Part shown: in pieces, positions 49,788-59,428 of the stretch
Numbering within the stretch: position 1 is the first letter of the stretch
How the letters are laid out: each line of letters opens with the position of its first letter
Assembly (NCBI GenBank): GCA_050261675.1
Contig: JBLNDO010000055.1
Coordinates: 2,701-66,700 of the forward strand
Direction: 5' to 3'
DNA: 64,000 bases
Origin: Bacillota bacterium
Lineage (GTDB): Bacteria > Pseudomonadota > Gammaproteobacteria > Natronospirales > REEB76
The notes under the pieces: generated by a model
Told to the model about the DNA's origin: nothing
The model's input: only the letters and a program-made list of their open reading frames with translations
Database searches by the model: none
Made by a program: the position numbers and the translations under genes

Positions 49788-49882
49788 AAATTGCGCTATG
49801 AAAGTTTGACCGGCGGCACCTGCTCTTTACTCCCGCGCGACGCGCGTCTTCCCTGACGCGCGTCCCGTCGGGGGTGAAACGG

Positions 49883-51298
49883 TTACCGGCGGCGACGCAG
49901 AGCCGTCAGGCCGGCGAGCAGCGCCAAGCACAGCAGGTCGATGTCCCCGAGGCCGCCGGAGGATCCCGCGGAGTGGGCAGTCGACGCCGGCTCACCGAGA
50001 CGGTGATCTTGCTTCAAACCCTGCATGATCATGTTTCCGCCCTTGAATTGGACTTGGGCGCCGGTGCCCGCAGCGAGCGCGCCTGGAGCCATGAAGAAAC
50101 ACACATTGATCGGCGGGGGCGTGTAGGCCTGGGCGGGCGCGAAGCTGCCGTCGCCGTTGTTGAGCAAGAGGCTCTGGGTGCCATCGTTGTTGTCGGTGAC
50201 GATGTCCTCCCAGCCGTCGCCGTTCTCGTCGAACGACCAGACGTCGGCGGGTCCTACGCCCACCGCATAACTCGCCGGCGTGCCGAAGGTTCCGTCGCCG
50301 TGTCCGAGCAGCACCGTCACCGTGCCGCCCGCGGTGCTCACAGCGGCCAAGTCGGGCACACCGTCGTTGTTGAAGTCGTCGATGTCGATCGCGTCCGCCG
50401 GCACCTGGGTCCAGGCGACCGGGGCGTAGGTGCCGTCGCCGTGGGCGAGCATGACGCCGACACCGGACGTTCCGCCGTAGAGGATGAGGTCCGCTTCGCC
50501 GTCGCCGACCAGGTCGCCGGTGGTGACGGTCGAGAAGTCGCCGCCCGCGTAGGTCGCGGCCGGGGCGAAGGTGCCATCGCCGTTGTTGAGCAGGATGGTG
50601 AGGCTGCCGCTCGAGTTCAGGAACAGGTCGGGCATGCCGTCGTTGTTCAAGTCCTGACTCACCAGGTTGCCCGTGTTGCCACCCGTCGGATAGCTCACGG
50701 CCGGGGCGAAGGTGCCGTCACCGTTGTTGACGAACACGCTCACACTGTCCGCGCTGCCATCGGCCGTCACGATGTCGTCCCACCCATCGCCGTTCACGTC
50801 CGCGGTCAGGACGGAGGCCGGGCTCGAGCTCGCGCCGGTCGCGAGCGTGGCTTGGTACACCACGATGCCGCTGCCGGTGCCGTCATTCATGAGCACCTGG
50901 ACGCCGGCACCGCCGGTGGCGGAGCTGTTGACTCCGAGGATCAGGTCCGGGAAGCCGTCACCATCCACGTCGTCGATGGTGACGGAGGTGATGTAGCTGA
51001 GATCGAGGTTGCTGGGGTTGGAGAAGCTGAAGCCGAAGGTGCCGTCGCCGTTGTCGACGACGCTGAAGACGAGATCGCTACCCGGGTAAGTGACTGCGGT
51101 ATCCACGGTGGTTGAGCTGCCGCCCGCAGTCGTCGTCCCGCCGGTGCAGGGGTCGCTGCATATCACGACGCCACCGCCCGAGATGACGATGGGCCCGACG
51201 ACGATGCCGCTGCAGGGGTTGATCGGATCGGCAAACGCCGCCTGGCTCACCGCCCATCCGATACAAAGACCGATCACGCTGGCGAATTTAAGCTTCAC
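49883..51298 (-). CDS. Secreted FG-GAP/VCBS repeat protein with a GlyGly-CTERM (rhombosortase-type) anchor
   Basis: Six D-x-D/N-G/N-D-G-x-x-D repeats and NNGDGTF motifs; C-terminus GSSGGLG-TM-RRRR. Confidence 0.88.
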   Translation of the reverse strand: MKLKFASVIGLCIGWAVSQAAFADPINPCSGIVVGPIVISGGGVVICSDPCTGGTTTAGGSSTTVDTAVTYPGSDLVFSVVDNGDGTFGFSFSNPSNLDLSYITSVTIDDVDGDGFPDLILGVNSSATGGAGVQVLMNDGTGSGIVVYQATLATGASSSPASVLTADVNGDGWDDIVTADGSADSVSVFVNNGDGTFAPAVSYPTGGNTGNLVSQDLNNDGMPDLFLNSSGSLTILLNNGDGTFAPAATYAGGDFSTVTTGDLVGDGEADLILYGGTSGVGVMLAHGDGTYAPVAWTQVPADAIDIDDFNNDGVPDLAAVSTAGGTVTVLLGHGDGTFGTPASYAVGVGPADVWSFDENGDGWEDIVTDNNDGTQSLLLNNGDGSFAPAQAYTPPPINVCFFMAPGALAAGTGAQVQFKGGNMIMQGLKQDHRLGEPASTAHSAGSSGGLGDIDLLCLALLAGLTALRRRR

Positions 51299-51385
51299 GT
51301 CACAACCCCCTGGGCTCTAGTCTGCCCATGACAATGGACCCTCGACCCGCACCCGCGACCACTCGCAGGTGGCTTACGATTGTTA

Positions 51386-51412
51386 TTACGCCAGAATGCC
51401 TCGGTAGGTTCC
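51386..51412 (-). promoter_or_regulatory. ECF promoter P1 (FG-GAP gene)
   Basis: GGAACC-N16-CGTAA on the minus strand. Confidence 0.8.
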
Positions 51413-51463
51413 CTTTCCGGTCAATTTATTCGAAATGCGGCCGGAATCCAGCCCTCAAGCCTT

Positions 51464-51490
51464 GGAACCTTTTGCCCGGCGCGGCCGTTA
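51464..51490 (+). promoter_or_regulatory. ECF promoter P2 (autoregulatory)
   Basis: GGAACC-N16-CGTTA, followed by AAGGAG and ATG 51510. Confidence 0.8.
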
Positions 51491-51509
51491 CACTATAAGG
51501 AGTACGGGC

Positions 51510-52097
51510 ATGCTCCGGGGTTTGCCGTTGGCTACGGACCAGGACAAGAGGCGTGCGGAATTCGAGGCGCTGGTGCGACCCCATCTGGAATGGCTGTACC
51601 GGCTCGCCTACCGCTATACCGCGCAGGCGCAGGACGCGGAGGATCTGGTGCAGGAGCTCCTGGTACGCCTATACCGCAATCCCGGGAACCTGATGCAGCT
51701 CAGCGCCCCCCGGCCCTGGCTCATCCGGGCGCTGTACAACCTGTTCGTGGACCAGTGGCGCCATCGGCGCCGCACGCCCTTCGGTCATCTGCATCCGGAA
51801 CCCTGGGACACCCTGTTCGTGAACGAAGGAGGCGTCGACACCCCGGAAGACGCGCTGCAAGCGGCAGGCATGCGGCGCACGGTGTTGGACGCACTTTACC
51901 GTCTCGATGAGGAGCATCGCGCACTCCTGGTGCTGCACGACGTGGAGGGGCATACCCTGCCGGAGTTGGCGGATACATTGGGACTCCCGCTCGGTACCCT
52001 CAAATCCCGGTTGTTCCGGGCCCGGCGCAAGCTTCGCCGGCATCTCGAGGGCGGGAACCCTTTAGCGGATAGAGACGTGATAGTTGCCGAGGGCTGA
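51510..52097 (+). CDS. ECF RNA polymerase sigma factor
   Basis: DAEDLVQE, WLIR and LGTLKSRLFRAR motifs. Confidence 0.93.
   Translation: MLRGLPLATDQDKRRAEFEALVRPHLEWLYRLAYRYTAQAQDAEDLVQELLVRLYRNPGNLMQLSAPRPWLIRALYNLFVDQWRHRRRTPFGHLHPEPWDTLFVNEGGVDTPEDALQAAGMRRTVLDALYRLDEEHRALLVLHDVEGHTLPELADTLGLPLGTLKSRLFRARRKLRRHLEGGNPLADRDVIVAEG
52054..52080 (+). promoter_or_regulatory. ECF promoter P3 (internal, for the anti-sigma and downstream genes)
   Basis: GGAACC-N16-CGTGA. Confidence 0.75.
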
Positions 52098-52101
52098 ACC
52101 T

Positions 52102-52779
52102 ATGGATTGCAGAAGCGTCATCGAGCATCTGGACAGCGGCGGCCCCGGCGAGCCGGCGGCGGAGCTGCGCGAGCATCTCGCCCACTGCGCCGCCTGCCGT
52201 AAGGCCTGGGAGGCCGGGCGCGTGACGGCGCATACCCTCAAGGCCCTGCCCCTTGCCCCGGTGCCGGCTGGGTTCGCCGAGCGGGTGCTCGCCAACGCCT
52301 ACCGCCAGGCAGAGCGGATGGACGGTCGCCGGCGCCAGCTACGGGATTGGGGTCTCGCGCTCGCGGCCACGTTCGTGCTTGGCCTCGGTGTCGGCCTCGC
52401 CTTCACCTGGAACGCCGGCGATCGGGCGGACGGCTATCGGACGCTCGCCGACGGCACGCTCCTGCTCACGCCCGGCGACAGGACGACCGTGCGCATCGCC
52501 CTCGACGCAGAGCGTCCGATCGGGAACGTGGATTTCGTGATCGACCTGCCAGCGGGCATGGAGCTCGCGGGACACCCAGGCGAGCGCGAAGTGGCCTGGA
52601 ACGGCGAACTGAAGCAGGGGCGGAACGTGCTCGGCCTGCCGCTCATCGCCCAGGCGGGAGCGAGCGGTGAATTGACGACCAAGCTGCGCCATGATGCACA
52701 TGACAGTGTTTTCAAGCTGCACGTCATGGCCGCCGGCGGGCCCGCCTGGTGGGCCGCGCTCCGGCGGTTGTGGACGTGA
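52102..52779 (+). CDS. Zinc-finger (HxxxCxxC) membrane anti-sigma factor
   Basis: HLAHCAAC, one TM helix and a periplasmic beta-rich domain. Confidence 0.88.
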   Translation: MDCRSVIEHLDSGGPGEPAAELREHLAHCAACRKAWEAGRVTAHTLKALPLAPVPAGFAERVLANAYRQAERMDGRRRQLRDWGLALAATFVLGLGVGLAFTWNAGDRADGYRTLADGTLLLTPGDRTTVRIALDAERPIGNVDFVIDLPAGMELAGHPGEREVAWNGELKQGRNVLGLPLIAQAGASGELTTKLRHDAHDSVFKLHVMAAGGPAWWAALRRLWT

Positions 52780-52808
52780 CGGGGTCTTAAGCCCCGGAGG
52801 AGTTGACC

Positions 52809-53243
52809 ATGCGGTTGCGCGATTCTGTTCTTCTTCTACTGGGCGCCGTATTCGCCTCGGCCGCGAGCGTGGCGCTCGCGGATACGCCCGCCCCGGCAGT
52901 CTCCACCGGTGGGGACGTGACCATGACGGTGATCCCGAGCGGCCAGGATGTGGTGAAGACGGTGGTGCAGACCATCGTCGTGCCGGCGAATGCCAACAAG
53001 CTCGCCAAAGGCAAGAGCGCCGAACCGCAGAAGGCCAAGCCCGCCACCGGACAAGACAGCGAAGCCGCCGCGCAGACCGCGCAGCAGTTGGCGGAGGCGG
53101 CAGCCGAGCACCAGGCCGGCCAAACCCAACAGCAGGTGCAGCAACAGGCGCTGCAGGCGCAGCAAGCGGCACAAGTCGCTGCCGCCAAAGCACGGAACCC
53201 CTCGCCCCCGCCACCTCCCCCTCCGCCGCCACCCCGGGGGTAA
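52809..53243 (+). CDS. Small secreted protein with a Gln/Ala-rich helix and a poly-Pro tail
   Basis: Signal peptide (ALA-D), DVTMTVI, QQQVQQQALQAQQ and SPPPPPPPPPPRG; RBS GGAGG. Confidence 0.75.
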   Translation: MRLRDSVLLLLGAVFASAASVALADTPAPAVSTGGDVTMTVIPSGQDVVKTVVQTIVVPANANKLAKGKSAEPQKAKPATGQDSEAAAQTAQQLAEAAAEHQAGQTQQQVQQQALQAQQAAQVAAAKARNPSPPPPPPPPPPRG

Positions 53244-53524
53244 CGCCGAGCGAGCGCGAGGTGTCGTTGATGCGCTAAATTCCGCAACCGTCTAGCACAC
53301 TTTGCGATAGAGAAAAAAGAAACGGGGTGGCTACGCCACTCCCCGGCTGCGCTTCCTGCTTCGCCGGCCGGCCCGCCCGTGCTTTCCCCGCACGGGCGTC
53401 CGCGGCATGCCGCGGACCCGGACAGACCGCAGCCGCGGCCGGTCCGGTTTTTATTGATTTTTCGTCTGGGGTACTCACAATACGAATAACCCGCCCCTAC
53501 GGCGGGACAAAAGGCGGACGGATC

Positions 53525-54853
53525 ATGCGGCGACTGCTTGCGGTTCTCATCGCCGGCTTGTCGTATCTGGTCCACCCCGACGGTCAGGCTCAGGGGCAGG
53601 CGCCGGAGGGCGTGAGCCAGGCCGAGGTTGCCTATGCGGCGGGGGTGGCGGCCTTCCAGCGCGGCGATTACGCCGCGGCGCGCACCGATTTCCTCGACGC
53701 CCGCGCCGAGGGTTATGCGGGTGTGCAACTCGACTACAGCCTCGGCGCCACGTGCTATGAGCTCGGCCTCTATGAGGACGCGAAACAAGAGTTCACGCGC
53801 TTGCTGGGCGACACGCAGATCGCGCCGCTCGCCCACTACAACCTGGGACGCATCGCCGTCAGGCAGGGAGATGTGGATACCGCGCGGGACGAGTTCCTGG
53901 CGGCGTATTCTCAGGCGGCGACACCCGAGATCCGGCAGCTCGCGGCGGCGGAACTCGCGCGCCTGCCTCCGCCCGCCGCGGAACGCTGGTACGGGTATGC
54001 GGACCTCTCGACGGGCTACGACGACGACGTGGCGCCTCTGCCGCTCGCAAGCCTCGAACCGCCGGAGAGGCAGGGTTCGCCGCTCGTCTCGCTGCTCGCG
54101 GGCGGGGGCGGCCGGCTTACCGGTTCCCATGACGACGGCTGGCAACTCCAAGGCAGTGTCTACCGGGCGGATTACTCACGCCTCTCCAGTCACGACGAGA
54201 CGCTGCTGCTGGCCGGTCCGGGATACCGGCTCGCCACCGACGGCTGGAGGTCGACATTCGACCTTCTCGCGAGCCACGTCATCCTCGGCCGGGCGACGTT
54301 GGAGGACTCCCTGTTGGGGCGCGTCGAGGAACTGCGGGATCTCTCGCCGGCGAATTCCCTGGGGGTCGGCTACGAATACGAGCGTGTCGTCGGGGGAAGC
54401 GGGTTCGACTACCTGACAGGTGGGCGACAGGCGCTCTTCCTCGAGGACAGGTTCAATGGGGACGCCTACCAGGCGCTGCTCAGCTACCAGCACGAGTCCA
54501 ATCGCCGCAACGACCTCTCGACGGGGGGCGAGTTCTTCAGTGCGTCACCGCTGCGCAACCGCTTCCACGGCGAGCTCACCCTGAAATACACGGACGCCGT
54601 GAACCTGCGCACCGCGGCGAGCTACGAGAAGAGCCTCTACGGCAAGTCCGATGTGGTATTCAACGGGGCGGGCTTTTTCGTGGCGACGCGCGATGATGAC
54701 CTCTATACCGGCTCCATCGGCGGCAGCTATGAATTCACGAAGCAGTGGAGCCTGCTCCTGGAGTTCCGTTATCTGAAGAACGCTTCCAACGACCCCGTCT
54801 ACAGCTACCAGAGCCATCGCCTGACTCTCACGCTGCAGCACCTCTTTCTCTAG
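53525..54853 (+). CDS. TPR domain plus outer-membrane beta-barrel protein
   Basis: Signal peptide, TPR motifs (YSLGATCYELG, AHYNLG), GYDDD barrel start, and C-terminal YSYQSHRLTLTLQHLF. Confidence 0.8.
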   Translation: MRRLLAVLIAGLSYLVHPDGQAQGQAPEGVSQAEVAYAAGVAAFQRGDYAAARTDFLDARAEGYAGVQLDYSLGATCYELGLYEDAKQEFTRLLGDTQIAPLAHYNLGRIAVRQGDVDTARDEFLAAYSQAATPEIRQLAAAELARLPPPAAERWYGYADLSTGYDDDVAPLPLASLEPPERQGSPLVSLLAGGGGRLTGSHDDGWQLQGSVYRADYSRLSSHDETLLLAGPGYRLATDGWRSTFDLLASHVILGRATLEDSLLGRVEELRDLSPANSLGVGYEYERVVGGSGFDYLTGGRQALFLEDRFNGDAYQALLSYQHESNRRNDLSTGGEFFSASPLRNRFHGELTLKYTDAVNLRTAASYEKSLYGKSDVVFNGAGFFVATRDDDLYTGSIGGSYEFTKQWSLLLEFRYLKNASNDPVYSYQSHRLTLTLQHLFL

Positions 54854-55190
54854 CCACCTGCGGCGGTCACGAACTTCGCCTGGCTGCTACGCTCCCTGCT
54901 CCGCATCCAGTCCAACCCGCACGTCCAGTGCGGCCGTTTGCCGCTCCGCGGCAGTGCCGCGAACCCTGGCATACCTGCCCACTCGTAGTACGTCGAATTC
55001 CCATCCGTCGGCCCACCTCTTGGGTTAGACGCGCCTGTCCCTGAGGGGCATCTCAGGTAATCCCTGATGCCCAATTTGGGACTCCTGAACCATAGTGACG
55101 CACCCCGCCAGGATGTGTCGCAACAGGGAAGTCTTCGCATAAGGACATGCGGCATCCTGGCCGGGGGATTCAAACATCGGATCATCAAGG

Positions 55191-56837
55191 ATGGCGTCCA
55201 TGGACGTACGCGCAGATTTCCGCACCGTCACACCCATGCCGCCATTAGGGCGGGCGGACTCGCGCTCCATGCTTTTGCAGGTCGGCCTGGACCGCCGGCC
55301 CTCGTCCGCCAAGAAGCTGGTGAGAGCCGTCTCGTCTCTCTGGGCCGCCATGGCGGCGGTGTCGATGAGCGCGATCGCGGTGCTGGGGGTCGCGGGCTTC
55401 TACGGCTTCACCACCGACCAATTCCCCCTCGCCCGCTCCGCCCTCATTGCCTCGCTCGCCGGGCTCGTGGCGGTGCTGTTCCTGGCCTGGCGGAAAACCC
55501 TTCAGAACGTCCGCCGCACGCTCGACATACTGCATCGCACCGCCGTTCTGCGCGAGCAGACGGAAGCGGAGCTCAGGACCCTGGAGATCGAATACCGCGA
55601 TGTCTTCAAGGCCCACCCGACGCCGCTGTGGATCTTCGACCGGGAGAGCCTGCACATCATCGCGGTGAACGACGCGGCCATCAACCACTACGGTTACAGC
55701 CGGAGAGAATTCCTGAAGATGACCATCAAGGACATCCGGCCCGAAACGGATGTGGCCACCTTGGGAGGTCACTTCCTGGAGCGCCTCCCGAACCTCTCCC
55801 ACTCCGGGACCTGGAAGCACAAGAAGAAGAACGGCTCGCTCATCGACGTGGAAATCGTCGCCCACGAACTCGACTGGCACGGCCGCAGGGTGCGCATCGT
55901 CTCGGCCACCGACGTGACCAAACGTATGGCCGCCGAGCGGGAACTGATGGCGCTGACGGCGTCCCTCGAAAACCAGGTGAAGGAGAGGACGGAGAAGGCC
56001 CGACGTTATGCCCGCAACCTTCGCGAGCGCAAGCACGAGTTGGAACTCGCGAACCGGGATCTCGAGATGTTCTCCTATTCGGCCTCCCATGACCTGAAGA
56101 CGCCGCTGGCGGTCATGAAGATCTACGCCATGCTGCTGCAAACCGATTTCGGCGCTACCCTGCCCCCGGCCGCCCGCGACCACGTCGAGAAGATACTCGC
56201 GGCCACCCAGGGCATGTCCGCGCTGGTCGACGACCTGATGAAACTCGCCAAGCTGTCGAAGCACGTCGTCCAGAAGCAGACAGTCAATCTGAGCAAGTTG
56301 GCCGCTACGCAGATCGCCCTGCTCCAGGCCAAGGATCCGGCCCGGACGGTCGAAGTGAAAATCCAGGGCGACATCACGGTACACGCCGACCCGGGCCTGC
56401 TCGGGATCGCGCTGGAAAACCTCATCGGCAATGCCTGGAAGTACAGCACCCACGCCGCCAAGCCGCGGATCAAGCTGGGAGTGAAGTCCAACGGCGCGGA
56501 GCAGATCCTGTACGTGCGCGACAACGGCGCCGGCTTCGACATGCACTGCGCCGAGGGCCTGTTCAAGCCCTTCCGCCGCCTGCACAGCAACGAGGAGTTC
56601 GAGGGCACGGGCATCGGCCTCGCCATCGTGCAGCGTGTCGTCGCGCTGCACGGCGGCTGCACCTGGGCCTACGGCGAAGTGGGCCAGGGCGCCACGTTTT
56701 ATTTCACCCTTGCGCCGGCCTCCTCGAACGCCCTGGCCGCACCGACGAGCGACGACGAGGCGGCCGCCGCCGTTCCGGGCGGACGGCTCGGACTGGCGCT
56801 GCGGCCGGAAGCCGCCTACGGATCCAGCGGCGCCTGA
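55191..56837 (+). CDS. Membrane PAS-domain sensor histidine kinase (start uncertain)
   Basis: 2 TMs, PAS (VNDAAINHYGYS), H-box SHDLKTPL, NLIGNAWKY, DNGAGF and GTGIGL. Confidence 0.93.
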   Translation: MASMDVRADFRTVTPMPPLGRADSRSMLLQVGLDRRPSSAKKLVRAVSSLWAAMAAVSMSAIAVLGVAGFYGFTTDQFPLARSALIASLAGLVAVLFLAWRKTLQNVRRTLDILHRTAVLREQTEAELRTLEIEYRDVFKAHPTPLWIFDRESLHIIAVNDAAINHYGYSRREFLKMTIKDIRPETDVATLGGHFLERLPNLSHSGTWKHKKKNGSLIDVEIVAHELDWHGRRVRIVSATDVTKRMAAERELMALTASLENQVKERTEKARRYARNLRERKHELELANRDLEMFSYSASHDLKTPLAVMKIYAMLLQTDFGATLPPAARDHVEKILAATQGMSALVDDLMKLAKLSKHVVQKQTVNLSKLAATQIALLQAKDPARTVEVKIQGDITVHADPGLLGIALENLIGNAWKYSTHAAKPRIKLGVKSNGAEQILYVRDNGAGFDMHCAEGLFKPFRRLHSNEEFEGTGIGLAIVQRVVALHGGCTWAYGEVGQGATFYFTLAPASSNALAAPTSDDEAAAAVPGGRLGLALRPEAAYGSSGA

Positions 56838-56843
56838 ACGAGC

Positions 56844-57416
56844 TCAGCCCGCGGCGGCGTGCGGCCAGAAGCTTGCGAACACCGCGCCGATAACCAGGCC
56901 GTAGACCAGGCCGTCCACGATGTCCTTGAAACTGGCGCGCCAGGGCTGACCCCACCAGATGGACTGGGGAAAGGCGCCGAAGGCGCAGGCCATGAAGGCC
57001 GTGGTGCTGACGACGCGCAATACCTGCATGGAGGCGGTGCCGGCGCCGAACGTGCTCGCCGCCACGTAACCCGCGAACAGCGACACCAGCACGCAGAACG
57101 CGAACCATTGGCCCAGGCTCTTGCCCATGTTGTAGAGGCCACTGGGCCGAAGGATCATGAAGCCCACCGGCCCCTGCACGAACTTGTCCTTGAACTCCTG
57201 CTTCTTCATGTCCTCGGGTTTGCAGTAGGGGAACAGGTACATGCCGGGCGCGGCGTTGCCCTTGCGCATCGCGGCGCGGACCTCGTCCTCGTTGGGGAAC
57301 TGATGGTAATCCGGGTTGTGCCAGAACTGCAGGGCCATGTGGATGATGCTGCTGGCGACGAACATGCCGATGCCGCCGAGCAGGATGGGTAGCCAGAGTT
57401 GGGCCAGTGAAACCAT
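56844..57416 (-). CDS. Hypothetical membrane protein
   Basis: 4 TM helices; PGMYLFP and SIWWG motifs. Confidence 0.8.
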   Translation of the reverse strand: MVSLAQLWLPILLGGIGMFVASSIIHMALQFWHNPDYHQFPNEDEVRAAMRKGNAAPGMYLFPYCKPEDMKKQEFKDKFVQGPVGFMILRPSGLYNMGKSLGQWFAFCVLVSLFAGYVAASTFGAGTASMQVLRVVSTTAFMACAFGAFPQSIWWGQPWRASFKDIVDGLVYGLVIGAVFASFWPHAAAG

Positions 57417-57517
57417 GTCGGACTCCCTTGTGGGTTCGTTTTGTGGATTCGGCCGGGACGTGTTAATTCTAGTCCGCCTTTCCCGGATTGCCGCCCTCCC
57501 ACCGTCCCGGAACCCAC

Positions 57518-58513
57518 ATGAAAATCGCCGCCGCCGCGTTTGCCCTGCTCACCTTGTCCCGCCCCCTGCAGGTCCCGGCGGATCCCCTTCCCGGATCGAC
57601 GGACATGCACTGGGACCCGGGCGCGGAGAACTGCGCCGCCCAGCCTCACGCCCCGCTGGAAGTGCATGCTTATGACAAGAACACCTGGATCCTGCGGGAG
57701 AACCTCTGCTCCACCTGGGAGGCGCCGTTCCTGTACCTCCTGGTGGGCAGCCAGAAGGCGCTGCTCATCGATACCGGCGACGTGGCGGACCCGAAGCTCA
57801 TGCCGCTGGCGGTGACCGTCTTGGGTCTCCTGCCCAATGCCGGCAATGCCCGGCTGCCGCTGCTCGTGGTGCACAGCCACACCCACCTGGACCACCGCGC
57901 CGGCGACCCGCAATTCACCGGCCTGCCCGGCGTGCAACTCGTCCCCGCCCAGCTGAAGGATGTGAAGAAATTCTTCGGTTTCGACCAGTGGCCGGAAGGG
58001 CAGGCGCAAATCGACCTGGGCGGCCGCATGGTGGACGTGCTGCCGGCGCCGGGCCACAACCCGGCCCACGTGGTCTATTACGACCGCAACACCGGACTCC
58101 TGCTGACGGGCGATTTCCTGATGCCGGCGCGGCTCCTAGTGGACGACTACGCCGCCTACGAGGCCAGCGCCGAGCGCGTCGCCGCTTTCGTGAAAGACCG
58201 GCCGGTGACCCACGTGCTCGGCGGCCACGTGGAGAAGAACGCGGTGGGCCAGCTCTTCGACTGGCAGTCCACCACGCATCCCGACGAGCATGCCCTCCCG
58301 CTGGGTAAACAGGACGTGCTGGGCCTGCCGGCAGCGCTCGCGAAATTCAACGGCTTCTACACCGAGACCGGGGACTACGTGGTCATGAACCCGATGCATA
58401 ACCTGGAAGCCTTTGGCGCCGCGGCGGTATTGCTGCTCGGGGGCCTTGGTTACCTGATCGTCCGGTTCATCCGCAAACGCCGGGCTGCGCGCCGCGCCAA
58501 GGCCAGCGCCTAA
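57518..58513 (+). CDS. Exported MBL-fold metallo-hydrolase with a C-terminal TM anchor
   Basis: IDTG, HSHTHLDHRAG, PGH, TGD and GGH motifs; TM followed by RKRR. Confidence 0.88.
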   Translation: MKIAAAAFALLTLSRPLQVPADPLPGSTDMHWDPGAENCAAQPHAPLEVHAYDKNTWILRENLCSTWEAPFLYLLVGSQKALLIDTGDVADPKLMPLAVTVLGLLPNAGNARLPLLVVHSHTHLDHRAGDPQFTGLPGVQLVPAQLKDVKKFFGFDQWPEGQAQIDLGGRMVDVLPAPGHNPAHVVYYDRNTGLLLTGDFLMPARLLVDDYAAYEASAERVAAFVKDRPVTHVLGGHVEKNAVGQLFDWQSTTHPDEHALPLGKQDVLGLPAALAKFNGFYTETGDYVVMNPMHNLEAFGAAAVLLLGGLGYLIVRFIRKRRAARRAKASA

Positions 58514-58523
58514 AACCCCAGGA

Positions 58524-58575
58524 TTGACAGCACCCAAAAGCCTGCTATATTAAGCAAGTATTTACTTGCTTAATA
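58524..58575 (+). promoter_or_regulatory. Sigma-70 promoter overlapped by a perfect 28-bp palindromic operator
   Basis: TTGACA-N16-TATATT; TATTAAGCAAGTA-tt-TACTTGCTTAATA at 58548-58575. Confidence 0.85.
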
Positions 58576-58589
58576 AACCGGAGGCGACC

Positions 58590-58955
58590 ATGTTTCTCAT
58601 CTACGCTGCAATCCTGTTCGCGCTGGGGGCGCTCGGCGGCCTCTACATGGCCCTGCAGGCCTTCCAGGGCAAGCCCCTGCCGGTGCCGGTGGCCGTGCTG
58701 CACGGCCTGTTCGGCGCCACGGGCCTGGTGCTGCTCATCGTCGGCGTGCTGGCCGGCATGGGCGACGGCCTCGCCCGCTACGCGCTCATCATCCTGGTGG
58801 TGGCGGCCTTGGGCGGCTTCTACCTGTTGAGCTTCCACATCAAGAAGCAGCAGCACCCCAAGGCGGTGATCGTGGTCCACGCCCTGGTGGCGGTGACCGG
58901 CTTCCTGACGCTGCTCACGGCCATTTTCCAGAACAGCTCCACGGCCGCGCCCTGA
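58590..58955 (+). CDS. Small 4-TM protein with two intramembrane His
   Basis: Internal repeat ALGALGG...VLHGL / AALGG...VVHAL. Confidence 0.8.
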   Translation: MFLIYAAILFALGALGGLYMALQAFQGKPLPVPVAVLHGLFGATGLVLLIVGVLAGMGDGLARYALIILVVAALGGFYLLSFHIKKQQHPKAVIVVHALVAVTGFLTLLTAIFQNSSTAAP

Positions 58956-58968
58956 TCCAAGGATCGCT

Positions 58969-59415
58969 GTGGAAGGCTTGAAGCTCGGCGGGCATCCGCT
59001 GCATCCGGCGCTGGTGCACTTTCCCGTCGCCTGTTGGACGGCGGCACCGGCGCTGGATGCCCTCTATCTCGTATGGGGCAACCCGGCCTGCTGGCAGGCA
59101 TCGTTCTGGTGCATCGCCGTGGGCGTCGGGATGGGTGTGCTCGCCATGACGGCAGGGCTCATGGACCTCGTGGCCCTGCCGGCGGAGCATCCCGCCCAGG
59201 ACACGGCCCAACGGCACATGCTCCTGGTGGGTTCCGCCTGGTGCGTGTTCGCCGTGAGCCTCTTGTTCCGCCCGCTGCACGGGACGCCCACGGATGCCCA
59301 GGCCTGGCTCGCGCTCGGGCTTTCGGCGGGCGGCTGGCTCCTACTCGGCCTCGGCGCCTATGCCGGCGCGAGGCTGGTATACGATTTCGGCCTTGGCCAG
59401 ACGCGCAAGACCTGA
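58969..59415 (+). CDS. DUF2231-like membrane protein
   Basis: GHPLHPALVHFP...RH...GARLVY. Confidence 0.85.
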   Translation: MEGLKLGGHPLHPALVHFPVACWTAAPALDALYLVWGNPACWQASFWCIAVGVGMGVLAMTAGLMDLVALPAEHPAQDTAQRHMLLVGSAWCVFAVSLLFRPLHGTPTDAQAWLALGLSAGGWLLLGLGAYAGARLVYDFGLGQTRKT

Positions 59416-59428
59416 ACTCCCGTCCCCC

